Part shown: in pieces, positions 1-10,382 of the stretch | Layout: each line of letters begins with the position of its first letter | Position numbering within the stretch: position 1 is the first letter of the stretch | NCBI GenBank assembly: GCA_041745135.1 | Contig: JBGTJO010000090.1 | Coordinates: 6,494-70,493 of the forward strand | DNA: 64,000 bases | Direction: 5' to 3' | Origin: Aestuariivirga sp. | GTDB taxonomy: Bacteria > Pseudomonadota > Alphaproteobacteria > Rhizobiales > Aestuariivirgaceae | Notes under the pieces: model-generated | Told to the model about the DNA's origin: nothing | Databases searched by the model: none | The model's input: the letters and a program-made list of their open reading frames with translations, nothing else | Made by a program: the position numbers and the translations under genes

Positions 1-1
1 G

Positions 2-1933
2 ATGAAGCCAGAGGCACCGCAGATCCGCATCGAAGGCAATCTCCGCGATCCCTATGTGGTGGCATGGGGCAATATGGGAGAGGGTAAGGATCAGGCCGAA
101 ATCGTGGCTGATTGCGACATCCTGTACGAGAGCCAGCAATATGCGCCGTTGGGCCGCAATGCCTGTATCGCCGAATGGAATGGCGGCAAGGTTACGGTGT
201 GGACTTCGTCGCAAACGCCTTCGGAACTGCGCGATGGAATTCACGAGGCGCTCGACATTCCGCTCAGCAAAATCCGGGTCATGGCAATGCCCTGCGGCAG
301 CTCTTTCGGACAATGGTGGAGCGTCAATTTCATGCTCATCACGGTGTGCCTGGCGCGCAAGGCGGGGCGTCCCGTCAAGATCGAGCTCGACAATGAGGAG
401 TGCATGGTGAGCGTCAAGCGCCGCCACATCGAGCGCACGCGTGGCCGCATGGGCTGCACGAAGGATGGCGAAATCATTTTCGCGGAATTCGATCACATCA
501 TCGACAATGGCGGCTATGGCTTCAAGGACGATGTGGGTTTCTTCTGCGTCGATATGTGGGGGAAGGCTGCACACGGGCATTATGCCGTACACGGCGTCAA
601 CACCAACTTGCTGACGGCGGGTTGCATGCGGGGCGTTGGCGACTGCACGCTGGGCGCTTCCGTTGAGCGGGTTGCGGATACGCTTGCCGAAAAAGTTGGC
701 ATGGATCCTGTCGAGTTCAGGCTCAAGAACCAGATCAGAGCGGGTGATGAACTGCGCATGCAGCACAGCCGGTCCACCATGAAGCAAACCATGGAGGAAT
801 ATGCGGCATCCATTCCCAATGAGCTCAAGGAAAGCTGGCCTAAGCTTTTTCACCTCTCGAGCGGGGACACACGGGGGCTGCTGCTGCAGGGTTCTGAAAA
901 GTTCGGCTGGAAAAACCGGTTTAAGGAATGGGGGAAGCCTCACACCGTGAACGGTTCGCTGCGGCGCGCCGTTGGCGTTGGCACCGGGGCCCATGTCTGC
1001 GGTGTTGAGTTTGAAGGGGCAACATCGGCGATCGTGCGGATCAATCCCGATGGCAGCGTGAAAGTTCATTGCAGCGTCGGGCGGCAAGGGCAGGGGAGCG
1101 AGACCACGCAATCGCAGGTGGCCGCCGAGGCGCTGGGCGTTCCCTTCGACATGGTGGAGATCGAAACGGGGGATACGGATTCATGCCCATGGAGTCATGG
1201 GTCGCTGGCGAGCAACACCATGTATCGGGTGGGCTGGGCGACGAGGGCTGCGGCGATGGACGCAAGGCGGCAGCTTCTCGAGGTGGCGTGCCGGGAGTTT
1301 TTCGATAGTTGCGATCCCTCTGAACTCGATATCGAAGACGGCGTTATATTTCGCAAGGGAATTGAGCGCTCGAATGTACGGCCCACAATCTCGCAAGTCC
1401 TCAATGTCTTTCGCTCGGACACGCTGGGGCAAACGTCTTCCATCACGGGGCGGCCAGCCGTTCCCATGCCGCCGGCTACAACCTTCGCGCGGCATTTCGC
1501 GGCGCATTTCGCGGAAGTCGAGGTTGATATCGAGTCGGGAGAGATCAAGATCATCGATTATCTGGCGACGCAGGACAGCGGCACGGTGGTCAATCCCCAG
1601 GTTCTGAAAAACCAGGCGATCGGCGGCGCGATTTGCGGGGCAGGGTTTGCGATCTATGAGCATCTCGTGTTCGATCCGAAGACGGGGGCGATTAAAAATG
1701 GCAATCTGCTCGACTATAAGCTCCTACGCGCCGCCGATTTTCCGAGCAAGGCTGAGGTGCTGTTCGTGGAATCCTATGACCCGGTCGGGCCATTTGGAGC
1801 GCGCGGAGCCGGTGAAGCGCCCATTGCCGCGGCGGTGTCCGCCATTTCGCAAGCCGTGTATAATGCCATCGGCGTGCGGGTGGATATACCCATGACGCCG
1901 GAACGGGTGATCCGCGCGCTCAATCATTTCTAG
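2..1933 (+). CDS. Xanthine dehydrogenase family molybdopterin-binding (large) subunit, 5' end truncated by the window edge
   Basis: Mo-hydroxylase motifs: GQGSET..SQVAAE.LG, MRGVG, DSG.VVNP...NQ.IGG, YKL, RGAGE with the catalytic Glu. Collinear with paralog 42836-45187 but lacks its first ~140 aa. Confidence 0.92.
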   Translation: MKPEAPQIRIEGNLRDPYVVAWGNMGEGKDQAEIVADCDILYESQQYAPLGRNACIAEWNGGKVTVWTSSQTPSELRDGIHEALDIPLSKIRVMAMPCGSSFGQWWSVNFMLITVCLARKAGRPVKIELDNEECMVSVKRRHIERTRGRMGCTKDGEIIFAEFDHIIDNGGYGFKDDVGFFCVDMWGKAAHGHYAVHGVNTNLLTAGCMRGVGDCTLGASVERVADTLAEKVGMDPVEFRLKNQIRAGDELRMQHSRSTMKQTMEEYAASIPNELKESWPKLFHLSSGDTRGLLLQGSEKFGWKNRFKEWGKPHTVNGSLRRAVGVGTGAHVCGVEFEGATSAIVRINPDGSVKVHCSVGRQGQGSETTQSQVAAEALGVPFDMVEIETGDTDSCPWSHGSLASNTMYRVGWATRAAAMDARRQLLEVACREFFDSCDPSELDIEDGVIFRKGIERSNVRPTISQVLNVFRSDTLGQTSSITGRPAVPMPPATTFARHFAAHFAEVEVDIESGEIKIIDYLATQDSGTVVNPQVLKNQAIGGAICGAGFAIYEHLVFDPKTGAIKNGNLLDYKLLRAADFPSKAEVLFVESYDPVGPFGARGAGEAPIAAAVSAISQAVYNAIGVRVDIPMTPERVIRALNHF

Positions 1934-1946
1934 GCTGCAACAGGTA

Positions 1947-2915
1947 ATGACGAAACACGGTTACGAGGCGGGGCGGCTTGATCTGCCGTTTGTGGGAATT
2001 TGCACGTTCGGTAAATATCCGCTGTGCATGGATTGGGATGCGATCTCGGCGGACGTGGCCATCTTGGGCGCACCCTTCGATTTCGGAACCCAGTGGCGGG
2101 CAGGCGCACGCTTTGGTCCCCGCGCAGTGCGCGAGGCTTCCACGCTGTTCGCCTTCGGCCACGCAGGCGCTTACGACCATGAGGACGATGTTGTCTATCT
2201 GCCCGCGGACAGAGCGCGGATTGTCGATATCGGCGATGCCGATATCGTGCACACCGATACGATCCGGAGCCATCAGAACATTGAATTGGGGGTACGCAAG
2301 ATACTGAAGGCCGGAGCTATTCCGGTTGTCATCGGCGGCGACCATTCGGTGAATATCCCCTGTGTCAATGCCTTCGACGATCAGGAACCGATCCACGTCG
2401 TGCAGGTCGATGCCCATCTGGATTTTGTCGACGAGCGCCACGGGGTACGATTGGGCCATGGCAGCCCGATGCGCCGGGCTGCGGAGAAGAGTTATGTGAC
2501 GGGCCTCAACCAGATCGGCATCCGCAATGTGTCGTCGACGGCGCGGGAAGGCTATGAGGCGGCGCGTCGGATGGGATCGGATATCCTGTCGGTAAGACAA
2601 TTCCGCAAGCTGGGTGTTGAGGCCGTGCTGGAGCGGATTCCGGCGGGCAAGCGGTATTATGTTACAATCGATATCGATAGCTTTGATCCTTCGATCGCCG
2701 CGGGCACGGGGACGCCGTCGCATGGTGGGTTTCTTTATTACGAAGTGCTGGAGCTGCTGGCGGGTGTTGCAAAGCGCGGAACAATTGTGGGGTTGGACCT
2801 CGTTGAGGTGGCACCGGATTACGATCACTCGGGGTCGACGGCCATTCTCGCGGCACAGTTGTTGCTCAATGTGATTGGCAGGATTTTGAACGCACGGACA
2901 ACTTCTTTGACGTAG
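1947..2915 (+). CDS. speB: Agmatinase-family ureohydrolase
   Basis: G.PFD.G...R.GARFGP, GGDHS, DAHLD, DIDSFDP, GTGTP..GG, VEVAP.YD: full binuclear metal ligand set. Substrate not certain. Confidence 0.88.
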   Translation: MTKHGYEAGRLDLPFVGICTFGKYPLCMDWDAISADVAILGAPFDFGTQWRAGARFGPRAVREASTLFAFGHAGAYDHEDDVVYLPADRARIVDIGDADIVHTDTIRSHQNIELGVRKILKAGAIPVVIGGDHSVNIPCVNAFDDQEPIHVVQVDAHLDFVDERHGVRLGHGSPMRRAAEKSYVTGLNQIGIRNVSSTAREGYEAARRMGSDILSVRQFRKLGVEAVLERIPAGKRYYVTIDIDSFDPSIAAGTGTPSHGGFLYYEVLELLAGVAKRGTIVGLDLVEVAPDYDHSGSTAILAAQLLLNVIGRILNARTTSLT

Positions 2916-2920
2916 AAGAA

Positions 2921-4384
2921 CTACTCCTCCCAGCTGTCGAAGGACTCAGGGAAGACTTTTTCGACGGGCTTGCCGGACCAGTGGTATTTTTCAAATTTTT
3001 GCCAGACGCGCTCGGTGCCGGCGCGGGCGGCGCTCAAGACATCCTTTTCGTTCCACATTCTTAATTTTCCGCCTTCCACAAGCGTCGTGCCATCGACGAT
3101 CACGGTGTCGACGAGATCGCGGGAGCCGGAATGGATGAGGGCGCGGATGGGATCCTTGACGGGGCCGATGTCGAGGGAGTCCATGTCGATGATGGTGAAG
3201 TCGGCTTTGGCACCTTTACAGATGCGGCCGAGGTCGCTGCGTCCCAGAGCATCAGCACCTCCAAGAGTTGCGGCGTTGAAGACATCGCGCGCCTGGGCCG
3301 CCTCGTTGTTTGCATCGGCGATCTTGCAAATGATGGAAGCCGCGCGCATCTCGCCGATAATGTCGAGAGGATATGAATCGGTGCCGATCGAAAGCTTTAT
3401 GCCGTGGTCGAGATATCGTTGGAAAGATTCAAGGGCCACGCCCCTTCTCGACAACGCCACCGGGGCGTGGGCGACACAGCTGCCGCTGCCTGCCAGAATT
3501 TCGAGATCGCCCGCGAAAGGGTAACCGGTGAAGGAGTGGCCGGAAACATAAACGCAGTGGCCAAGAATGACATCTTCGCCGAGAAATCCCTCAGCTCCCA
3601 TCCAGCCCACTGGAGTCTTGCCGGTGCGGCGCAGAATGTCGTGAAACTCGAAGAGCTGTTCGGAGGCGTGCAAGGTAATTCTCGTTCCCAGCGTGCGCGC
3701 TACGGACTTCGTTTCCGCGAGCAAGCGGGGCGAGGCGTTGAAGAGCTCGTCGAGAACGAGAATGCCGCGCAGCCTGCCTCCGAAACCACCGTCGTTGCGC
3801 TCGATGAATTTGGCCGCGGACTTGAGACCCTCGATGCCGAGCGCTTCATCTTTTGAATTCACCAAAGTGCCGTTGGCGTCGAAGGAATAGGAGCCGCCGC
3901 TATAGACCGGGCTATAGTAGAGCCTCATTCCGGATTCTCCCGCCACGCGGAGTATGGTGGCTCCCTCATCCAGCGGGCCGCCATCGAGCTGGACGAACGT
4001 CGTGACGCCACCCTTGAGAAGCGTGGCGAAGCCGAAACGGTGAGAGGCGGCGGGATCGTCGGCGGCGGAAAAGCCGGGGCCGCCTTCCGACCTCCTGGGC
4101 GCATAGTTGAGAAAGCCTGTGCGAAGAAAGTCCCGCCTGCCGCCGTCGATGACAAGGCGGTCGCCTGCGTGGCTCACCGCGTGGCAATGGGTGCTGATGA
4201 AGCCTGGGCAAACCAATTTGCCGCTTGCATCAATGGTGGCGTCAGCTTCGCCTTGCCACTCGGACCCCACGTGTATGATGTCGCTGCCCCGATATGCGGC
4301 GACGCCATTCTCGAGTATGCGGTGGCGGCCCTCCTGATAGGCGACAATGCAACCCCCTATTATGACGGTTGTCCGTGCAGGCAT
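2921..4384 (-). CDS. Metal-dependent amidohydrolase (AtzA/TrzA/SAH-deaminase-like)
   Basis: PGFISTHCH (HxH), LHASE, GHC, GTD, then GRICKGAKADFTIID. Start placed at MPARTTVIIGG (ATG 4384). Confidence 0.88.
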   Translation of the reverse strand: MPARTTVIIGGCIVAYQEGRHRILENGVAAYRGSDIIHVGSEWQGEADATIDASGKLVCPGFISTHCHAVSHAGDRLVIDGGRRDFLRTGFLNYAPRRSEGGPGFSAADDPAASHRFGFATLLKGGVTTFVQLDGGPLDEGATILRVAGESGMRLYYSPVYSGGSYSFDANGTLVNSKDEALGIEGLKSAAKFIERNDGGFGGRLRGILVLDELFNASPRLLAETKSVARTLGTRITLHASEQLFEFHDILRRTGKTPVGWMGAEGFLGEDVILGHCVYVSGHSFTGYPFAGDLEILAGSGSCVAHAPVALSRRGVALESFQRYLDHGIKLSIGTDSYPLDIIGEMRAASIICKIADANNEAAQARDVFNAATLGGADALGRSDLGRICKGAKADFTIIDMDSLDIGPVKDPIRALIHSGSRDLVDTVIVDGTTLVEGGKLRMWNEKDVLSAARAGTERVWQKFEKYHWSGKPVEKVFPESFDSWEE

Positions 4385-4552
4385 GGGCGAGCTCCCCGAA
4401 GGTGTGTTGAGGATAGTGGCGCTTGGGCGCTCACAAGCCCCTTGTATAAATTTGAACACGGCACGTTCAGTTTCTTGCGTGGCCGTGAACTGCCGTCCGT
4501 CCCACAATTAGCGATAATACACTGACGGATAGTGCGTGAGAATGGGTTCACT

Positions 4553-4608
4553 TGGGAGGAATGCCCGCATCCGGCAAAATATTCGCTGGAAATTGGGAGC
4601 ACTTCCCG
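4553..4608. promoter_or_regulatory. Pair of TGGGA-N5-(T/G)CCCG boxes, candidate Lrp-family operator
   Basis: TGGGAggaatGCCCG (4553) and TGGGAgcactTCCCG (4594), 41 nt apart. The same pair and spacing occur at 10868/10909. Confidence 0.5.
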
Positions 4609-4699
4609 GCGGCAGCGCGCTAAGGCAAGCACAGGACTCGCGGGATCGTTCATTCCATAAACAGCGACGCCTACGGGAGAGGAAAAACAGGAGAAAGTC

Positions 4700-5743
4700 A
4701 TGATTACACATCGCAACGTTTTGGCCGCCTTCACCGCAATGCTGCTCATGGGCGCCAGCGCCCACGCGGAAAATTCACTCAATGTCATGGCCTATGGCGG
4801 CAACTATCAAAAAAGCCAGCAAGTTTATTTCGACGAGTTCACCAAGCAGACGGGTGCCAAAGTCGCGGTGGAATCCGCCGATGAAGCGTGGCCCAAGGTC
4901 AATGCCATGGTGGAAGCCGGGAACATCAGCTGGGATGTTGTGCAAGGCGAGACTTCGACGATCATCCAGAACTGCGACAATGGGAACCTCGAGACCTTCG
5001 ATTGGTCTCTGCTCGACGAATCCGCCTTCGTGCCGATCGCGGTGCAGAAATGCGGCGTGGGCACGATCATCTCCTCCTCGATCATCGCCTACAATGCCGA
5101 CAAGTTTGCCACCGATCCACCGAAGACCGTAGCTGATTTCTGGAATATCGAAAAGTATCCGGGCAAGCGCGGGATGCGAAAGAAGGCGATCACCACGCTT
5201 GAATTCGCTCTGATGGCCGACGGCGTGCCTTCGGGCGAAGTTTATAACGTGCTGCGCACGGAGGAGGGCGTTAACCGGGCGTTCAAGAAGCTCGATCAAC
5301 TCAAGCCGCACATCGTGTGGTGGGAGTCGTCTTCTTCGGCGCCGCAGCTCCTGGGCTCGGGCGAAGTGAGCATGTCCACGGGATGGAACGGCAGAATTAC
5401 CGCAGCCCGCAAGGATGAGGGAAAGAACTTCGCCATCATCTGGGACGGGCAAATTTACGACGGCGACTTTTTCGCTGTGGTGAAGGGCAGCCCGAACAAG
5501 GATCTGGCGCAGAAGTTCATAGCACTCGCAAGCCAGCCGGAACTGCAGGCAAAGCAGATCCAGCAGATTTCCTATGGGCCGACGGTGAAGAAGACGCTGG
5601 AGCTTCTGCCGAAAGAGACGCTGAGCGATCTGCCGACCTCGGAAGAGAACCTCAAAACCGCACTGCCGAGCGATGCCCAGTTCTGGGCGGAGAACGGCGA
5701 AGCGTTGGAGACGCGGTTCATTTCATGGTTGAGTGAAAGCTAG
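4700..5743 (+). CDS. Polyamine/opine-type ABC transporter substrate-binding protein (PotD/PotF family)
   Basis: Signal peptide ending AHA, YGG.YQ, WDVV, PGKRGMRK, LE.AL.ADGV, WNGR. RBS GGAG. Confidence 0.9.
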   Translation: MITHRNVLAAFTAMLLMGASAHAENSLNVMAYGGNYQKSQQVYFDEFTKQTGAKVAVESADEAWPKVNAMVEAGNISWDVVQGETSTIIQNCDNGNLETFDWSLLDESAFVPIAVQKCGVGTIISSSIIAYNADKFATDPPKTVADFWNIEKYPGKRGMRKKAITTLEFALMADGVPSGEVYNVLRTEEGVNRAFKKLDQLKPHIVWWESSSSAPQLLGSGEVSMSTGWNGRITAARKDEGKNFAIIWDGQIYDGDFFAVVKGSPNKDLAQKFIALASQPELQAKQIQQISYGPTVKKTLELLPKETLSDLPTSEENLKTALPSDAQFWAENGEALETRFISWLSES

Positions 5744-5773
5744 AGTCGCCCACAGGGCGGATGAGAGCATAGT

Positions 5774-7000
5774 TTGCCTGCTCAAGCTCTCAAGCAAGGC
5801 CTGAAAGCGGCACGGCGCCAGTCCAGGACAAGGGCCGTGCTGCTCGCGTTGCCGCTCCTGTTGTTCACGCTTGTGGGTTATCTCGCACCGATTGCGTTTA
5901 TGCTGGAACGGAGCATCGATAACTCCATCCCTCATGGGCTGCTGTCTCGAGCCTCGGCCGCGCTGGCGGATTGGGATGGCGGCGAGTTGCCTGGCGAGGG
6001 CGCCTTTGTAGCGCTTGTATCGGACCTCCATGATGCGGAGGCGGCCGGCAGAACGGCGTTGCTTGGTAAACATCTGAACTATGATCAGGAAGGGTTTCGT
6101 GCGCTACTGGTGAAAACCGTTCGGGCGTTTCCGTTGGATGGTTCGCGCTCAGCGAAGACAGCTCTTGGCTCCGTCGATACGCGGTGGCTGGATATAGAGA
6201 CCTGGCAGGTTCTCGAACGGGCGGCGCGTCCCTACACGTTGCGGAACCTCCTCACTGTCGTCGACCTGAAACAATTGCCGGGCGGGGACATCGCGGCCTT
6301 ACCGGAGAAGTCGCGCATCCATCTAGAAATTCTGGCGCGCACCATTCTGGTGAGCGCGGCTGTGTGTGTTTTATGCGCGCTCATCGGTTTTCCGGTTGCC
6401 CTTGTGCTGGCGACAGTCAGCGACAGGACCAGAAACCTGTTGCTGATCCTGGTTCTCTTGCCCTTCTGGACGCCGGTGCTGGTGCGGACCACGGCGTGGA
6501 TCGTGCTCCTGCAAAATGAAGGGGTGATCAATCGGCTGCTCATGCACTTCGACCTTGCGGAGACGCCGCTGCCTCTCATCTTCAGTCGGACCGGCGTTCT
6601 GATCGCGATGACGCATGTACTTCTGCCCTACATGATCATTCCGATCTATGTGGCGATGAAAAGTGTTCCGGAGAATTATATCCGGGCCAGTCTTTCGCTC
6701 GGCGCAAATCCGCTGGTGACGCTCCGCCGGGTGTATCTTCCCCTGATCTCGCCGGGCATCCGTAACGGCAGCATGCTCGTGTTCGTGCTGGCGCTGGGAT
6801 ACTACATTACGCCAGCCCTTGTCGGCGGGCCTTCGGACCAGATGCTGAGCTACCTCATCTCCTTCCATACGGCTCAAACTTTGAATTGGGGGTTGGCGTC
6901 GGCACTTTCGCTTCTGCTTCTCGTCAGCATGGGCCTGTTGTTCTGGGTGCTCACAAAGGCGCTCGGACCGGTCAAGTTTCAGTTCGAGGCGGCGCGATGA
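5774..7000 (+). CDS. ABC transporter permease (PotB-like, long periplasmic loop)
   Basis: LLPFWT..LVRT.AW, HVLLPYMI.PIY, EAA-like loop RASLSLGA. Confidence 0.88.
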   Translation: MPAQALKQGLKAARRQSRTRAVLLALPLLLFTLVGYLAPIAFMLERSIDNSIPHGLLSRASAALADWDGGELPGEGAFVALVSDLHDAEAAGRTALLGKHLNYDQEGFRALLVKTVRAFPLDGSRSAKTALGSVDTRWLDIETWQVLERAARPYTLRNLLTVVDLKQLPGGDIAALPEKSRIHLEILARTILVSAAVCVLCALIGFPVALVLATVSDRTRNLLLILVLLPFWTPVLVRTTAWIVLLQNEGVINRLLMHFDLAETPLPLIFSRTGVLIAMTHVLLPYMIIPIYVAMKSVPENYIRASLSLGANPLVTLRRVYLPLISPGIRNGSMLVFVLALGYYITPALVGGPSDQMLSYLISFHTAQTLNWGLASALSLLLLVSMGLLFWVLTKALGPVKFQFEAAR

Positions 7001-7809
7001 TCATGGGATTGCTATTCGGGCGCTCGCGGCTGGTGTATTTCGGCATCTATGCCGCCTGCGGGCTCGCGTTGGCGTTCCTCATCCTGCCGCTGCTGGTCAT
7101 CATCCCGCTCTCCTTCAACCAGGAGCCTTATTTTACATTTCCAATCGCGAGCTACAGCTTGCGCTGGTACGAAGCGCTGGCGCAATCGGATCAGTGGCAT
7201 CTCGCGGCCGTCAACAGCATTATCGTGGCGCTGGGCTCGACGGCGCTCTCGACGGTGCTGGGCACGCTCGCGGCGTTGGGACTGGCCCGTTCCGGCTTTC
7301 CCTTTAGATCGTTTTTTCAAACGATGCTTGTGCTGCCCATGGTGGTGCCAATCATCGTCACCGCCGTCAGCCTGTATTTTCTTTATTCGCGGATTGGCCT
7401 GACCGGAAGTCTGACCGGACTGATCATAGCCCATGCGACGGTGGCGGTTCCCTTCGTGGTGGTAACGGTGGGGGGCGCGCTCGCATCTTTCGACTTCACA
7501 TTGGTGCGAGCCGGCAACAGCCTTGGCGCCACGCCCTGGCGGTGCTTCTGGAAGATTACATTTCCGCTCATCCTGCCCGGCATTGTCTCCGGCATGATCT
7601 TCGCCTTCATAACCTCCTTCGACGATGTCGTGATTGCGCTGTTCATCTCCAATGCGCCGCAATGGACCTTGCCCCGGCAGATGTGGAGCGGGCTTCGGGA
7701 GAATGTCGACCCAACAATTCTTGCAGCCGCGGTCTTGCTGACGATCACGACCATCTCGCTGCAATTGGGGCTGGAGCTCATCAAGCGCAACCGCAAGTGG
7801 GCGGCCTGA
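6997..7809 (+). CDS. ABC transporter permease (PotC-like)
   Basis: ATGA overlap with the previous gene. IIPLSFN, SLRWY, FITSFDDV, TLP.QMW. Confidence 0.9.
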   Translation: MIMGLLFGRSRLVYFGIYAACGLALAFLILPLLVIIPLSFNQEPYFTFPIASYSLRWYEALAQSDQWHLAAVNSIIVALGSTALSTVLGTLAALGLARSGFPFRSFFQTMLVLPMVVPIIVTAVSLYFLYSRIGLTGSLTGLIIAHATVAVPFVVVTVGGALASFDFTLVRAGNSLGATPWRCFWKITFPLILPGIVSGMIFAFITSFDDVVIALFISNAPQWTLPRQMWSGLRENVDPTILAAAVLLTITTISLQLGLELIKRNRKWAA

Positions 7810-9146
7810 TGGGCGCGCGGGTTGAAGCTTTGTCGCGGGGAATTTTGTGGGAGGCAACGGCCCATCCTGCGCCTGAAACGCGTCCGCTCTCGGGTGAGAT
7901 AGACACGAAGGTACTGGTGATCGGCGGAGGATATACGGGGCTGTCGGCGGCGTTGCATATCGCAAGTGAAAAGGGCGATGTTACGGCCGTCGAAGCCTTC
8001 GGCATCGGGTACGGGGGTTCGGGGAGGAATGCGGGGCACTGCACGCCAACCTTTCAACATGTGACGCTGGCGGGCTTGCGCCAGCGCTTGGGGCCCGTTT
8101 GGGGAGAGCGCGCGATTGCCATGCAGACGGGCGCGGCCGCCTATGTGTTCGATCTGATAAGAGCCCATGGAATGGAGTGCGAGGCAGCTGATAACGGTTT
8201 TCTTCAATGTGCTCATTCACCCTCTGCATTGGGCATGCTGTCGGCACGATGCGCGGAGTATAATGAGGCGGGAATGCGCGGGCGGATGGTCGGCCAACTG
8301 GAAATTTCGGCGCTCACCGGCTCTTCCTCCTATTCCGGCGCCTGGTTTTTGGAAAGTGCCGGGCATCTCAATCCGCTTGGCTATGCCCGCGGGCTTGCGA
8401 AAGCAGCTCTTCAAAACGGTGCGCGGATTTACACGGGCACGCCCATCGTCAGCCTCGCAAGCAGTGGACGCCGCTGGCGGGCAACGACACCCCATGGTGC
8501 GATCAACGCGGAGAAGGTCATAGTTGCCACCGGCGCTCATACCGGGCAGGTATGGCCCGGCTTGCGGAAGACATTTCTTTTGGCGGAAGTGGCCTGCATG
8601 GCGAGCTTTCCGTTGGCGGCAGAGCACCGAAAAGTTGTTTTGCCGAAGAACAATCATGTTCTCGATACGCGTGGCGACTTCACAAATTTCAGGCTGGACC
8701 GGGATGGCAGGCTGATAACGTCGGTTTTCGTGGAGGGCCGCCGTGGTGGCGACGCCCAAGGCACCATGAAGCGCATGAGCAATCGCTTCGCGCGGATATT
8801 TCCCATGCTGCCAAAACTGGAATGGGAATATTACTGGTTCGGCAAGGTCGATCTTCACCCCGCCACCTTCCCGCAATTTATGGACTTGGCGCCTGGCGTT
8901 ACCGCTGCACTGGGGTATTCAAGCCGAGGGGTTCCAACAGCGACGGTCATGGGTCGGGAACTGGCGCGGCATGCATTGGGGGCTGATCCCGCCGAACTCA
9001 GCGTGCCGCTGGTGAAGATGCAGGCCGTGCCGCAGCTGCTGTCTCTCGCCCCTCGCGTGCTGCTGCCCTACTACCGGATGAAAGATGTGGTGGGAGGCTG
9101 GGTTGACCGTTTGAGGCCGAGAGCGGCGGCGGAGGATATGGGATGA
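7809..9146 (+). CDS. FAD-dependent oxidoreductase (DAO/PuuB-like)
   Basis: TGATG coupling. VIGGGYTGLSAA, G.GGSGRNAG, LNPL.YARGLA, GYSSRGV. Confidence 0.88.
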   Translation: MGARVEALSRGILWEATAHPAPETRPLSGEIDTKVLVIGGGYTGLSAALHIASEKGDVTAVEAFGIGYGGSGRNAGHCTPTFQHVTLAGLRQRLGPVWGERAIAMQTGAAAYVFDLIRAHGMECEAADNGFLQCAHSPSALGMLSARCAEYNEAGMRGRMVGQLEISALTGSSSYSGAWFLESAGHLNPLGYARGLAKAALQNGARIYTGTPIVSLASSGRRWRATTPHGAINAEKVIVATGAHTGQVWPGLRKTFLLAEVACMASFPLAAEHRKVVLPKNNHVLDTRGDFTNFRLDRDGRLITSVFVEGRRGGDAQGTMKRMSNRFARIFPMLPKLEWEYYWFGKVDLHPATFPQFMDLAPGVTAALGYSSRGVPTATVMGRELARHALGADPAELSVPLVKMQAVPQLLSLAPRVLLPYYRMKDVVGGWVDRLRPRAAAEDMG

Positions 9147-9754
9147 AGCTCCGCTACTCCAAAACCTCGCCCTATGCGCGGAAAGTGCGCATGGTCGCCC
9201 ATGAACTTGGTCTGGACCGGCGCGTCGAACTCGTTCCGACCGATACCTGGAACTTGCCCGATGAATTGCTGAGGGAGAATCCGTTGGGGAAGGTTCCCTC
9301 GCTGAGCACCGAAGAGGGCACCATCGTTTATGACTCCCCAGTGATCTGCGAATATCTGGCGAGCCTGAAACAGCCAAATGGACTTTTTCCGCAAGCCGGG
9401 CCGGATCGGTGGCAGGCATTGCGCCTGCAAGCCCTAGGCGACGGCATGATGGATGCTTGCGTTGAACGCTTCGCTGAGAAAAATTTTCGCCCTGCCGAGC
9501 AACAATCGCAGAGCTGGCTTGAGCGGATGCAAGCATCGGTGACGCGTTCGCTTGATCATCTTGAAACGGTTTCCGGGAACGATCTTGAGGACGTTACCGT
9601 TGGCAGCATCTCGGTGGCCTGCGCGCTTGGGTATCTCGATCTCCGTTTCGCGGAGGATCACTGGCGGAGCGGCAGGCCGCAACTGGCCAGCTGGTTCGAG
9701 GGGTTTTCGCAGAGGCCGTCCTTTGCCGGTACGGCGGCCGACATCCAGCCATGA
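9143..9754 (+). CDS. Glutathione S-transferase family protein
   Basis: SPYARKVR, NPLGKVP, DS.VICEYL, CALGYLD.RF. Confidence 0.92.
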   Translation: MKLRYSKTSPYARKVRMVAHELGLDRRVELVPTDTWNLPDELLRENPLGKVPSLSTEEGTIVYDSPVICEYLASLKQPNGLFPQAGPDRWQALRLQALGDGMMDACVERFAEKNFRPAEQQSQSWLERMQASVTRSLDHLETVSGNDLEDVTVGSISVACALGYLDLRFAEDHWRSGRPQLASWFEGFSQRPSFAGTAADIQP

Positions 9755-9767
9755 TAGGAGCAAGGAA

Positions 9768-10373
9768 ATGAACTTCAGAGAAACTGACGGCAATCAGCTT
9801 TCCCCGGACTATTTGAGAGAGCTTGGCAACGTCGATGCGTTCAAGGATCAGCATGGCGCGACGTATCGCTACATCAGGAGGTCCGCGCGGCCCGTGGGGC
9901 TCTTTACCCATCCTAAAATCGTGCTCAAGGTCTATCATCTACTGCGGGAAAACACCCCGCTTGAACCCGGCACGGCGGAAAGCTTCCATGATTTCCTCGA
10001 GCGCACCATCAACTCGGGCGAGATCGACCTCAAGCAGCGCATGGGCTTCGCCATGCTGGGGCAGGGGTTTGTCTCAATCCACGTCTGGGGGAAAGGCAAT
10101 GGTCTCTTCGCCCATAATTATTCCCGCGACGCGGGCGACGCGCGCCTGGTTCGCCGCCCGCTGGAAGAAACGGCGATCGCCTGCACCTGGGACAGCCGCA
10201 TCATCAATTTCGAATGCAGATTGTGGCACGGCTACCTCAAGACGGCGCGCGCGGCTGAGGACAAGCAGCGCTATCTCTCCACCTTCATCGAAGGAGATCT
10301 CGAAGATCCGGAAGTTTGCTCGGTGCCAGCTCGCTACACGCGCGAGATTGCCAAGGCGGCCGTTGCCGCTTGA
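9768..10373 (+). CDS. Hypothetical protein
   Basis: RBS AAGGA before ATG 9768, coding-like composition, last gene of the operon. Confidence 0.7.
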   Translation: MNFRETDGNQLSPDYLRELGNVDAFKDQHGATYRYIRRSARPVGLFTHPKIVLKVYHLLRENTPLEPGTAESFHDFLERTINSGEIDLKQRMGFAMLGQGFVSIHVWGKGNGLFAHNYSRDAGDARLVRRPLEETAIACTWDSRIINFECRLWHGYLKTARAAEDKQRYLSTFIEGDLEDPEVCSVPARYTREIAKAAVAA

Positions 10374-10382
10374 TGGAGGTCT

